DNA of 64,000 nucleotides from Pseudovirgaria hyperparasitica (Eukaryota): NCBI GenBank assembly GCA_010093815.1, contig ML996570.1; one strand, given 5' to 3'. Below are positions 51,843 through 64,000 of the stretch, one piece after another (within the stretch, counting starts at the first letter, position 1; the number at the start of each line of letters is the position of its first letter). Under the pieces are notes generated by a model, which was given only the letters and a program-made list of their open reading frames with translations, had not been told where the DNA came from and searched no databases. Both the position numbers and the translations under genes were made by a program.

Positions 51843-54209
51843 CTATGCTGCATGCACAGCAGATATGAAAGCCTGGATCTTGGTCAGGTCTTGCTTGCCG
51901 TCGGTCTCCACCCCACTGCTCACATCAACGCACAAAACTCTGTTGCTTAGTTTACCAAGACTCTTAAGTACAGTCTGGATGTTGTTCGGATGTAGTCCAC
52001 CTGCCAGGCTGATCTTTATATCTGGATCCGCCTCCAGCACCTCGGTGACTTTTGTTGTGTCTAGTAGCTCACCCGTCCCGCCAATACCAGAGTCCAGTAG
52101 CGCAAGTGCGTGGTAGCCCCTGAGCCCCAAACCTACATCCTCAGGTCGAAAGCTTTTAATGACAGGTACGGGAATCAACCGTGCCCATTCCAGCGGCTCT
52201 GAACCATGAAGTTGGACGACATCTAAATTCAGTGCTTTCGTTTGCTCGATAACGTGCTCCAGAGGTTGATTTCGGAAGACACCGACAAGCAGTGCGCGAT
52301 TTGGGTGCAAGAGGTGCTCGGCGGCAGTAAAGTCGAACCATTCGCGCGCACCCGAAGCGTCAGTCTGGGTTGGCGGTAGACGGACGTTTGGACGGGGTGT
52401 GGCATGCACAGCCGCCGAGATCGCGATTGCGTCTTTTGTGCTGACAGTGCGTGTGCGGTTCTCGGCGAGGATCATACCGATAAAATCTGCACCGGCCCGA
52501 ATGGCCGTTTTGGCGGCGTCGACAGTCCTAGTGCCGCATATTTTGACCATAGGAACTCCGGAGCCTTGTATTGAGGGTGCAGCAGCTGCGGGGGAGGCCT
52601 CGAGGAGCTCACGGATGAAGACGGAAGTGTCGGCAGCGCGCATAAGGGCCTCACCTATGAGAACGGCGCCGACACCAGATTCAGCATAAGACTGTACGTC
52701 TCTTGGACCATTGATACCGCTGAGAGCGCAGAGCGTGGTGTCCGAAGGCACGAATGAGAGAAGGCGGTTCGTGGTTTCCATATCAACTTCGAAGTTGACA
52801 AGGTTGCGATTGTTGACACCAATGACCTTAGAACCAAGCGTGACCGCGACTTTCATTTCGGCTTCATTCTGTACCTCCACGAGGGGCTCCATGCCGAGAG
52901 ACTGAGAGTAAAGATAGAGACGCTTGAGGACAGGCTCATCAAGCATCTTAACAATAAGTAGGACCGTGTCAGCACCAGCGAGACGGGCCTCTAGGATTTG
53001 ATATTCGTCAAATATGAACTCCTTACGAAGAACTGCAGGGCGATTGGGCATGCCTTCGAGACTTTGTCGTACAGCGCGAAGGTCTTCGATACTGCCCTTA
53101 AACCAATGTGGTTCAGTGAGGACTGATATCACACTGGCCCCTGCTAAAGCATATTTGCGGGCTTGCTCAGGGGCACAAGCTGAAAGAGAGATTATACCTT
53201 TAGATGGTGACGCTCTTTTGATTTCCGCCATTAGTGAACAGCGGTATGCAGATTGCTTCAGCCGCTTTGGAAATGAGATCTGAGGTGGTGCGAGATTGAG
53301 TCGGTATGATGCTTCAAGGTCAGCAGACCGTTGAGATGGTATTTCTTTTTGCGTAGCCACATCTTGCCTTCGTTGATCATAGATTCTTTCTAGTATAGAA
53401 ACTTTCTTTGTGCCATTGGTTTCTTGACTTTCTGTAGCTGCTGTTGCACACTTCGTGGCAGCCAAGCTTGTCATGTGTGCGTTCTCTGCCCAAGTTCCAC
53501 CTTGCATTTTTAGAAAATTCCTCAACATGACCCGGCCTTCTGCGGTCAGGATACTCTCCGGATGAAACTGAACACCTTCGACCACGAATTCTTTATGGCG
53601 AACACCCATGATTACGCCTTTGCCACCGTCCGGGCCAGCGGCAATCCACGAAGTAACTTCCAAACATTCTGGTAGTGTTGGGTGTGTTCCAGCAAGAGAG
53701 TGATACCGAGTCACTGGTATATCTTGTGGTATGTCTACGTAGAGGCCCTTAGTATCATGGCGCAAGGGTGAAGTCTTGCCGTGCAAGATCTCGCCAGTGA
53801 CATCGACGCGGCCGCCGAAGGCAGAGTAGATGCACTGTCTATAGCACTCTTAGCAGATACAGAGAGTATAGAGATCATCCTGTGCTCACTCTCCCATGCA
53901 TACTCCCAGGATCGGTATTTTGCCGCTGAAATGGCTTATAGCAGCTTTGCTGATGCCAGAATCTGTCTCTGGGTGACCAGGACCAGGGCTGACCACCAGT
54001 TGGGTTGGTTTCTTCTCAATAAGCTCTTGAAGACTGATTTCATCATTACGATACACTGTCACGGCGGCGCCTTCAAGGACAAGATACTGGTACACATTCC
54101 AAGTGAATGAGTCGTAGTTGTCGATCAAGACCAAGTTGGAGGCAGTCGCAATTCGCGGCGCTGGTTCTGGATGACTAGGCGAATGATCAATCAAGTCCTG
54201 TCCAGTCAT
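51843..54209 (-). CDS. trpC: Trifunctional tryptophan biosynthesis protein (anthranilate synthase GATase / IGPS / PRAI; 2 exons)
   Basis: [22 protein letters not shown] (across intron 53839-53889), [37 protein letters not shown] and DVSSGVE. Confidence 0.97.
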
Positions 54210-54562
54210 TTTGGAAATATTTTGGCAGTCTACAGTGTTGCAGCGTAGCAGCGTTGCAGTGCTCTAATAAAGATCAGTCGACCCGCAGACACCGACCTCA
54301 CAGTCATAACTCGCAATAATAATTCAGGGCACGGGCCCACTAGGTGGAATATGACCAGCCCTGCCAAGACATCGAAGCTACCTAAGCGCTATCAGAGCTC
54401 TTGGGATGTTTTGGTTTGCGCGCTCTACAACTTTTGCGACGCGACATCTCTAGATCCAAGAACCCAAACCGCGACTTCGATATAATGCTTCCACAGTGGA
54501 GAAGCTCCTGATTCCATGGCAGCTGCTCTGCGATTTGATCTGGAATCTCTGCTCGCCGCAAC
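54210..54562. promoter_or_regulatory. Short divergent intergenic region shared by trpC and NUP188
   Basis: Head-to-head start codons at 54209 (-) and 54563 (+), ~350 bp apart. Confidence 0.6.
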
Positions 54563-57500
54563 ATGGCGTCACAGAATCGAGCTCCGGATTATCTGCCGCC
54601 GCTGAACGACTGCTTCAGCGGCGAAGCAATCATCCTGTGTGTACTGCTCGACCCCATTCGATTTGGAAGCTAACGTAGCTTAGCTCCTGGGTGGAGGCCT
54701 TTCTGGCTTTGTGCGATCTCGATATTCTGAGTCGAAAGTATCGGAGGAGTGCCGACAAGGCGGCCGCGCAAGTCAAGTACCCAAGTGGCATAGAACATTT
54801 CCTCACCCAGGGGCCTAGCAGAGAGATCCTGCGCCGAAATCTATATCCTTTTCAAAAATGCAGTCCGGACACGAAGAAGGCGTTTGATGCGACGACTGCG
54901 CCGATCAATGTAACGCCTTCAGACACATCTAAAACGCTCATCGAGGACAGCTTATGGCTTTCCAAACAGACTGGGATCGACGAATCTGCAAGCTTGAGAG
55001 TTGCCCTAATAGAGTACCAGGATAGATCACGGATCCAATTGGCATCTGGGTTGACCGAAGAAGAAGCTGTGGGCATACAAGAAGCATGGAAGAACTCTAG
55101 TCTGAGAGGGCCTAGTTTCAGCATGAGCACTTCTGTATTAGGAATACCTACGAAGACTGAAAGGCAAACATTCTTATCTACAGAAAGGAGAAAAAGAAGG
55201 CTATTAGAAATTTACATGGCCGAAAAGAATGCAATACTTGCTGTTGGTAAGCTTCTCCTTCAGCATGCCTTGTCAGATGGGCTAGACTGCCTTCCCTGGG
55301 TCAGTTCACTGTCAAAAGATATTGCCGATAGCCAAGGATTGGAGATACCGCCCACGCAAGATGGCCCTGTAAGGATAAATGGCACAGTCACGAAATTCAT
55401 ACCTACCGGCATAGCAGCCTTGCGCGCAGCAGTCTCCAATGCCGCCATCTGTCCGTGGGAAATGGTATCTGACGAAGGAGATTTCATTGTTCTGTGGGGT
55501 TCACAGCAAATGACAGAAATGATACAAATTTTGCAGTATCTCTTCATTCATGTGTCGGCGTCCACAGTCCCTCAAGAGGCACAAGATGTCGCTTCCTGGT
55601 ATTCCTACATGGCGGAGTCCGAGTTTTTCGCACGATACGAACCTGTAAGTCAATCGCGTTGTGCCCAATCACACCGGTGCTCTAACGCATATACAGCCCG
55701 CGAGTCAGCAGAGCATTTCGCATTTTCAACTGCTCATTTCTAGTATCTCTTTGTCTATTCTGAGCACGCAAGCTACTATCGTTAATGCCGAAGACTATGC
55801 GGCAGCATTGGTCGAGTCCGCCGACAATAGGAACATCGCGAAACACCTATATTTTTCGGATATTGAGTGTCTCCACATCATACACGAGGCTTTATCAAAG
55901 GCTTCAGGGTCTGGTCCTAGCCCAGCGACACCGGCTATCTTGGCTTGGAGTCTTATATCACGAGCTTTACTGTTTCAAAAGGAGAATATCGAATCTACCA
56001 CGTCACTTGGTATCGATGATAGCCCTGAAGAACGACGTCAATCTACCTCTATTCCCACGGTCTTCGATGAATTCTCAAATTTTATGAATCAGCACCGTAG
56101 CGACGACGACCCACACCCAACGATGCTCATTGCGATGTCAAGTATTCAGGACGGCAGGGTTTTTCAGCTCATCGTGGGTTTCATGTCTTTGCTCGCATCT
56201 GCTTGCGGATCTCATAATGAGCTCGTTATTGAATCTCATATACGAAAAGTTTTCCTGGAACTTATCGGCGAAGCCGTTGGCATCGTTCAATATTCTCAAG
56301 AGATCGTTCTTGCCACTCTAGCTATCCTGAATGCGGCTTTTACTCATGATTCCGACAGCGTAGCCTTAGCCACAATTAACGCAGTGCAGTACCTCCAGAA
56401 GAACGACCTCCTGCGCGAGGAGATTCTTGGCAAAGCATTACTGCGCTTCCCTTTCGAGATCATACCAGCACTCAAACTTGGTCGGGCAGCAATGCTAGTG
56501 CGGAAAGACGACGAATCACCTGAGTCTTTCACAGAGCTACGCAACATGAAAGCGTTCACTTTATCTGTTCCAACACGTCAATATCAAGTCCTTTTCCAGA
56601 CAAGAGAGGACGAGCACGGAAATCCACGGGCTCGTCTGGACGATGAATTACGACTCTTCGCTCCATTGACCAGCTCCAAGACCAGCTGGCGCAGTCGACG
56701 TGAGGGTTCGCCCGCTGACACACTCTTGATAGTTCCTGCTGGCTCCGAAGGCTACTTGAGTCAAGGTGAAGGGGCCCATGTCGTCTCACTGGAATACGAA
56801 TACAGTGCGATCGACTATTTAGCCAAGCTGCTCTCTACAGCTACTGCGAACGCCGATTCCGTGGCGACCATGTCAGAAAGTGCACCAGACCTCGAAGTTA
56901 TATGTGAATCGGTCGCTTTCTTCACATCTATACTCAGTACTCAAGCAAAGACAGAAAGTGCAGAAGGTAGCGCACTAAAGATACTCGAGCAAGCCCAAGT
57001 GACTATCGACTCTGATGGTGATCTGATATCAGTAGTACTCGACATTTTCGAAAAGAATCTGAGGAGCGACAAACTGCGCACTGATAGCGATCTGACAGTT
57101 GAGCTTTATAGCAACTGCGTTGCGTTTCTGGACGTCTTGCTGCTCATCCAACCAAGCAGAGTGTGGTCTTTCCTAGCCCGCACGCAGTTCCTCGAGCTGC
57201 ATCGCAGTAACGTCAATCTAGCATCTATCATTCTGGCTGTTGAGACTGTGCTCGGGCAGTATGATTTGCTGTTGAGCTGTATTCGACTGACGAGCTCTTT
57301 GGTCGAGAATGCAATTTCTACCACGATAAAGCCTGCCGTATCCACCAAAGCATTGTCACGATTTGGCTCTGTGCGGTCACGAGCCGCCCCCAGCCCGGCC
57401 AAGTCGCAATCGTCAGTGATAGCTACCTTCCTGAAGGTCTTCACAGGCGCGTTAGAGTCACTTCCTAACTGGCGATTCAACGACCCGACGGATCAGCTTA

Positions 57501-60175
57501 AAATCAACACGTCTCTTATGCTTCTCTTCGACAAAATACTCACTTATACTTACGGCTTCGATGATCCGACCAAGGAAAAAGGACATGTTGGTGAAGTCAT
57601 GTTTCCTTCCGCAAAATACCTTTTGGATATATATCTATCGGTTTCGTCGAATGAGATGGCTGTATTACCAACATTGAATCTGCTGGCTACGGGGTTGAAA
57701 ATGAGTCCTTCGCCTGTTCACATGCAAACCTACGAGCTTGTCGTCACTCAAACGAAGGCTACGCTATCGTTCAGCACAACACTGCTTCGTGTTGGTACTT
57801 TGATGAATCACCCTACGTCAAGATTTGAACAGCTACTGTTCAGATCAGCGCCTATAATCATCCGACTGTTTGCACGTCTGGGCTCGTGTCAATCCAATGT
57901 CCTCAAGCTTCTCACGGCCATGATCGAAAGCGGAGGTAGGATGTCGGACGACCCGCCCTCGTTACTTGGTCACCTTGGAACAGATACCGCGAAATGTTTC
58001 TTGCAACTCATCTCATCGTATCCTCGGCGACTTCACCAAGATAACACGGGCGTCAGCCTTTGGACTTTCCTGACCACCATTATCACTGCCCGGCAACAGT
58101 GGCTTACCGTCTATTTACTGACCGGTAAATCTCCTCGAGAATCTTTCAAATCTACCACTACGGCGTCGTCCGCCGAACAAACTAAACCTGTCTTGCAGGT
58201 AGCGTTAGAGAAGGTGAAAAACCTGAGCAATATACCTGAGCAGGAGGCTCTCGCAGTTTTGAGGTTCTTGTCCGCCGTGCAGAGCTACGTGCCATGGGCG
58301 CTTGTCAAGCACGAAACAGAATATAGGACATCGAAAGATAGCATGGTCAGCACTCTCAGCAACATGCAATGGGATAGCAAGAGCAGTAAACAAGAAGAGA
58401 AAGCGTATCAGCTCTCTATAGCGGCCATCATCACTGAAATTCTAGCCATGGAGATTCACGATGCCAGGAACCGAGGAGCAAAGGTAGATACACGATCTTT
58501 GTACCCACACTTACATCTTCTCCGTAATAATGGTGTGGAACCCCCGGCATTCAACAACTCCCTTCACGCAAGTCTACAGAAGAATCTGGAAACCAAATTC
58601 CCGGGCAGTAAATTGGAGCGCTTCAAACATACGTCAGTTACTGCAACATATCTTGGGACCAATTATTGCTACGATCTCGATCTAGCAACAAAATTACTTG
58701 GTGGCGACCAAGCGTGGAAGCAGAATAGTGAAGACGGATATTGGCACGAGTTCTGTCGGGCCAATATCAACCTATCATTCGTTGAGTCCCAGATCATGCT
58801 TCTCAACAGCTGGAAGCTACTGACTATCGAACTAAGTCACGCCATCTCAGATGATGATCAATGGACACAAGCATTGGTACAAACAGCTAGGGACTGTCTG
58901 AAAGCTAATGCCGAATCACAGCTTCCAGAGGCACTCTTCGAAAGACTGTCATCCGTTCGCGTTGACTTTGCTTTCGCGTTGATTCAGAAATTGGTCAACA
59001 TGAAATGCGGGGATCCGAGTGCTCTCGAGTTGGTCAAAACGGTATGGGACACCATGACTGCGAGCGTGCCAGACTTCAACAATGTGTTTGCCAGTCCCAC
59101 CGCGGAGTACTATCGCTCACTCCTAAGAGTCCTATTCCTGACATTGCAATTTCACGTCTGGAGCCCAGGGGATAGGGGCAATACGAAAGGCCCCAAACAA
59201 AAAGCCTCGGAGCTGCGAATGACTATCGATGTAACACCGATTCTGCTCGAGATTCTCAATACAGTCATTGCGACTGGTTTCCGTTGTCTTGCGAATATGT
59301 TACATGAAGACTCATCACTCTGCTCACCGACTGATTTTGTGCTCCTGACGGCAATACTTCAAAAGCTTCTGCTGGTCCCAAGCATAAGAACGATCCAGCA
59401 CGATATTGCGTCTGACATTGCAAAGAGTGAGACTTCACGATATGCCACTACGTTATTCTCATGGTCAGATCGTCTTTCTGCGAATGATGGGGACCCTCTG
59501 TACGGAGAGCTGAGTATACTATTCCTTCTCGAGCTCTCGATCATCACGCCTGTAGCAGAACATCTTGCTATAGAAGGAGTCTTGTCTCAGTTGAATGATG
59601 CAGCTATCATGGAATACTTGCGCCGTCCCAACGGAACTGGTCCTTTCGATCATCCGCCACGCATGTTTTCCATCTGGACTCGAGGAATCCTTCCGCTTTG
59701 TCTGAATCTCCTCCATGCTGTAGGACCGCCTATCGCTGCTGAGGTCGCCACTTTCCTTAACCAGTTTCCTGGACAACTCGAACGTGCTGGTACGTCGCTC
59801 AGCGGCCGGATCGCACCGTCAGTCTCCAATCCCAATGTTGGCAGGATCACGTTAGGCATGGCATCCGAGGCACATTCGCTTTCCCTGATCTCGTTGCTGC
59901 TCGATCAATACCGCCTGAGAGGTACATCGGAAGGAATTGTGGCGGGCGAGGTGCCATCCTTAGACTGGGACAGGATGGGGGTGAAGGAGGATATTGACGG
60001 TTGGCTACAAGGCAAACGGGGCTTGCGCGACAGGATAGTGCCTGCCAATGAGAAAGAGCTCGAGTTTCTTGGGGTGAGAGCATCAGATGCAGCATCCGAG
60101 AGTAAGCTTGAAGAACGTATCATTGCCGAATTTGCCGGAGCATTGGAATGTTTGAATATGAACATACAGAATTGA
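54563..60175 (+). CDS. NUP188: Nucleoporin Nup188/Nup184 (3 exons, ~1830 aa)
   Basis: Spliced start MASQNRAPDYLPPLNDCFSGEAIIL|SWVEAFL; EDSLWLSKQTGIDESASLRVALIEYQ. Very long alpha-helical ORF with DPLYGELSILFLLELS and RMFSIWTRGILPLCLNLL. Introns at ~54637-54684 and ~55645-55696. Confidence 0.85.
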
Positions 60176-60875
60176 GCGAAAAGTTAATAATGTTGTAAGT
60201 TGAATGCATTTGCGCGGCGCTGGACGAATTGAAATAGAGGCTCGCTCATGGAGTTCGAATCAGACCTGTACCATGCCTATCCTTAAGCTACATACGTGCT
60301 GAACATTACAATGTGTACTGTGCACTGGTTATAGTTGTTTACTCCATGTCGAATAATGCGTCCGTGGTATATGCCCACGAATCACCGGCAGATGCTGATG
60401 CAAAGAAGACTATAAATTGCTTTGATGGGCTATTGTACTTCCGAATCAGGCCTAGATCCCGCAGTTCTGCTGAGCCCAGCTCAGGTCTGCAGCGACCTGC
60501 GCCTCCGCTTCCACGCACTCTTTGCCCGCTTCCGGGTTATGTCCGTCCCGTTCTTTTCACGACGTTAGTATCATTGCACATCTACAAATATCTGCTCCAG
60601 TCCGCAGTTTTGACACTGGGGAATACACTCCGTCGACAGCCCGCTACCGTAGCGTTGATTGAACTGGTTCAGGCATCCAATTTCCAGAAGTTCTTGGCGG
60701 CGCGCTTAGAATCTCCTTGGATCTTCGTTTGCTACCAAGCTTACCCTTGCCTTCTTTCACCTTGCAGCATTTCGCGCGAGCGCTTCTCCATCATCATCAA
60801 TTGCGCAACTTCTGCCGCGACCCGCATCTCATCCCTTCTACTTCCAGGCGATCATCTATTCATAGTCTCGTCGCC

Positions 60876-62045
60876 ATGTCATATAATCAATACAGCGGCA
60901 ATCCTTATGGCCAGACGGGCGAGAGTGGTTACGATGCAGGCAATCGCATGGAAGGTGGCTACGGATCTTCCAACCCATACGGTGGCCAGGGTGGATATGG
61001 ATCATCAAACCCATATGGTGGTCAAGTACGTGCACCGTATACCAGGACTTGCAATTGTATCACTGACAACTACGTAGCAGCAACAAGGGCGCGTAAACCA
61101 ACCACCGCTTCAGCACGAAACTTCAAACTATTCGCAACAAGACCACTACGTGGCAGCAGGCACGCAGCCAGGACTGAACTCGGTGCCTGAACAAATGGGA
61201 CCGCAGCCATTGTCCCGCGAGGAATACTTGGAGAGGATCGACATGGTCAAACAGCAGATTAACGAGCTCACACACAACATCTCTGAAATCGGCAACCTTC
61301 ACCAGCGCATGATTGCCAGCCCTGACAATTCGTCTAGTGCGAGACTCGAAAACCTGGTGTCTCAAACACAAATTCTAAATACGAATATCAAGGACCAGAT
61401 TAAATATCTCGAAAAAGATGCTTTGCGGAGTGAAGGCAACAAAGTCAAGGATAGCCAGATCAGGAACCTGAAAAAAACATTCCATGCGCAACTATTGGAC
61501 TACCAGAAACAAGAAAACTCATACGAGCAAAGATACAGAGAAACAATCGCGCGACAATACCGCATAGTGAATCCTGACGCGACTGATGCTGAAGTCGAGG
61601 AGGCTACAAATGCGAATTGGGGTGACGAGGGTATCTTCCAGACCGCCGTAAGTTTCCAGACCACCAGGTTGTGCGCACTGATCATGAATCTACGACACAG
61701 CTCAAAACCAATCGCGTCGGCCAGGCCAACTCGGTCCTTGGCGCCGTTCGCGCCCGCCACAACGACATAGTTAATATTGAGAAGGCCATGACCGAGCTTG
61801 CGACTCTCTTCATGCAGCTAGATGAACAGGTCACCTATCAAGAGCCGCTCATTCAGAATATCGAGCAACAAGCAGATGCCGTTCACGAAGACACTAAGAA
61901 GACCAACGTGGAGCTCAAGAAGGCGACCGAACACGCGCTTCGCACCCGTAGGATGAAGTGGTGGTGTGTCGGTATTGTTCTAGTCATCCTTGCTATCATT
62001 GGTATTGTGCTCGGTGTGTATTTTGGCGCCGTCAATCCTCCAGGC

Positions 62046-62079
<34 letters not shown>

Positions 62080-62087
62080 GCAATTAG
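60876..62087 (+). CDS. SSO1: Plasma-membrane t-SNARE syntaxin, Sso1/Sso2 family (3 exons)
   Basis: Habc helices, ARQYRIVNPDATDAEVEEA, SNARE motif ARHNDIVNIEKAMTELATLF...EQVTYQEP, and C-terminal TM WWCVGIVLVILAIIGIVLGVYF. Confidence 0.9.
62046..62078 (+). repeat. (AAC)10AAT coding microsatellite, poly-Asn x11
   Basis: Directly visible at the syntaxin 3' end. Confidence 0.95.
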
Positions 62088-63821
62088 CGGCCATCGAAGA
62101 CGGTAAATACATGTCACTCAAGATCAAAAGCGCCAATAGTATATTTGCGTCAGCAGTATGACCACACAGTGAGGGCCAATGCGTGGGCAGTAAGAAAAGG
62201 CATGTCATGGCAGATTGGGCAAATGACTTTTCATAGTTGGGCGTTTTGTGTCTTCAGTGTACACCAGAGGTCTGTACTGGTTTCTGGCTACGTACTGGTT
62301 AATAATTAATACCCCTATCTCTTCGCATCGCTTTTCCCAATGCAGTTCTGTATTGATGAAGCATGTCAGACGTCTAATTCGTAACACCCACGTTCAATGT
62401 GTTGATAGGTCTCTTGAACAATTTGATGTGACTGCTGTCTTTTCACAAGCTGTCAGGCCTGTCATAAGAGTCCTGTTGAGCCGCTTCACATGTCTGCCAC
62501 ATGCGGAGCTGATATGTCCAAATGTAGTTTCGTACGCTCTGTGTATCATACTCCGTTCGTTGTTCTCTATTTACACTGCCATGCTGCAGTTAGTTTTCCA
62601 CCAAAAATGGCCATTTCAGACGTCGTATGATCATCTGTAACAGCACCAACAGCACCTCTCAGTCCACAGACAGCTCTGAGAATAGGGCAGGGGAGACGTT
62701 GCAGTGTATGCTCTGAGCCGCTAGGTAGGCCCTAAGAACATACCTCTAGTAGTATATATATATACCACCCTCACTAGTACCAAAGCCTTTCGTGCTCGAC
62801 ATAAAGGATATCATATTCATCTATATAGATGCAGCTCACATGCTCACTTCGTACCTCTGTCGTGGAAGCATCTATATCAGATACCGGTCTCGAAGTATCC
62901 TTGTTCTATTGAATCAAGAGCTTCTCGCAGACCCTCAAAGAGACTGTTCATGTCCTGTGCGTTGGACTGGAGTCATGTTAGGGATGGTGTTGATCGTTAT
63001 CATATATGTGTGATGGGGATCGTGGGCGGCAAGTGTTGTCGGGGCATAAGGATGTGATGCCCATGTGAGTCCACTGGCTTTGTGAATGGCTTTGGTCCCT
63101 GGCTTGGCAGCTACTTCACTATCTATATCTAAACGTAGGTTTCGTGGCCTCTGCAACACTCATACCTGCTGCGTCCTTGTGGGACATGTGGGCAGGGGAT
63201 AGATGTGTGGTGTGTCGAGGACATGATGGTCCGACCACCTATTCCATGACTTTACTCGCGTCGGCAAGGCCGAAGTTTGACGCGAAGCGCAGGTAGCGTT
63301 GGTGATGATTTGCAGCATATGAATACGATACCGCTCAGCACCAGCCGAGTTTAGTGCTCGTATCACACGTCATCTCCAAGGAGATGCAGGCGTGGACGGC
63401 ATCACTATCGAACGGAGATAGGTCCGAGTCATTTCACAGCGAGGACGGAAGCCCATCAACCTATCTCAGCAGGGTAAGCGTCGATATCACAGTCATTGCC
63501 AGACGACGGAGGATAGCGACATTCAAATTGTGCTTTCTCAAGGAGTGAATACTACTTATGAATTGGAAGGGGTAGTACTCGAAATACCAAACCTCAAATA
63601 GAAAGTGAAATTCTAGGCTACAATTACAAGCTCTGTTACGCGATCAAGCACTGTCCTATTTACACAATTACCACTTGCATTAACTAACCACTGCTGGGTA
63701 AGACGTGTCTTATCCACCCTCTAGGTATGTGTACGTATCCTATAAAAATCCTATATAACCCATCAACAACACCCTGTTCCACACCATCCCAGAACCACTA
63801 CCCAAGCGCCCCTTTACTATC

Positions 63822-64000
63822 ATGGCGTCCTATGATCTCCACCATCCAAAGCCTGAATTCTCGGATTCATGCTCCCCTGTTCCTCTTTCGCATCAAGGCA
63901 AACAGATCTTGTATCTGTTCCCCACGGACGCAGTCCTGTTCATGGGGTTGTCATACTTGTATCCGTGGACATCGCCTGCCATGCTCTTCTTCGGTGCTTT
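63822..64000 (+). CDS. Possible 5' end of a gene running out of the window
   Basis: TATAAAA and TATATAA at ~63741-63760; CATCATGGCG start context; frame stays open to the window end (MASYDLHHPKPEF...). No recognisable domain. Confidence 0.3.
   Translation, partial: MASYDLHHPKPEFSDSCSPVPLSHQGKQILYLFPTDAVLFMGLSYLYPWTSPAMLFFGA

Noticed and set aside
60313..60875. N-terminal part of the 254-aa ORF upstream of the syntaxin
   Set aside because: Non-ATG start and no domain; it overlaps the syntaxin promoter/5' UTR and runs out of frame with exon 1.
1..64000. tRNA/rRNA genes, telomeric arrays, CRISPR arrays
   Set aside because: None recognised by eye; tRNAscan-SE or Infernal would be needed to exclude small RNAs.

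Overview
Fungal genomic DNA from a filamentous ascomycete, inferred from short GT-AG introns with CTRAC branch points, a RIP signature, and trpC/STE2/NUP188 genes. It has three parts. (1) 1-~11.87 kb is an AT-rich, RIP-destroyed transposon block: a Tad1-like LINE, a Ty3/Gypsy chromovirus with one LTR, and an unclassified remnant ending in heptamer repeats at a sharp AT/GC boundary. (2) ~12-31 kb looks accessory. Between two F-box-like genes sit four consecutive secreted-type genes in two divergent pairs: a Cys-rich protein with a C-terminal aerolysin/ETX-MTX2-like beta module after a KR site, a small Cys protein, a protein with three tandem KP4/Ecp2-like Cys domains, and an HEXXH M35-like metalloprotease. 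A CCCH zinc-finger gene and a ~4 kb gene-poor stretch follow. This four-gene cassette is the best candidate for an undescribed toxin/effector system. (3) ~31-64 kb holds core genes: NAD kinase, Rossmann oxidoreductase, CsbD-like protein, CNOT11-like, PMP3, SFC1-like carrier, STE2 receptor, tandem-BRCT protein, GH6 cellulase, BRCT-WGR protein, trpC, NUP188 and SSO1-type syntaxin. All family assignments come from reading motifs by eye; no searches were run.
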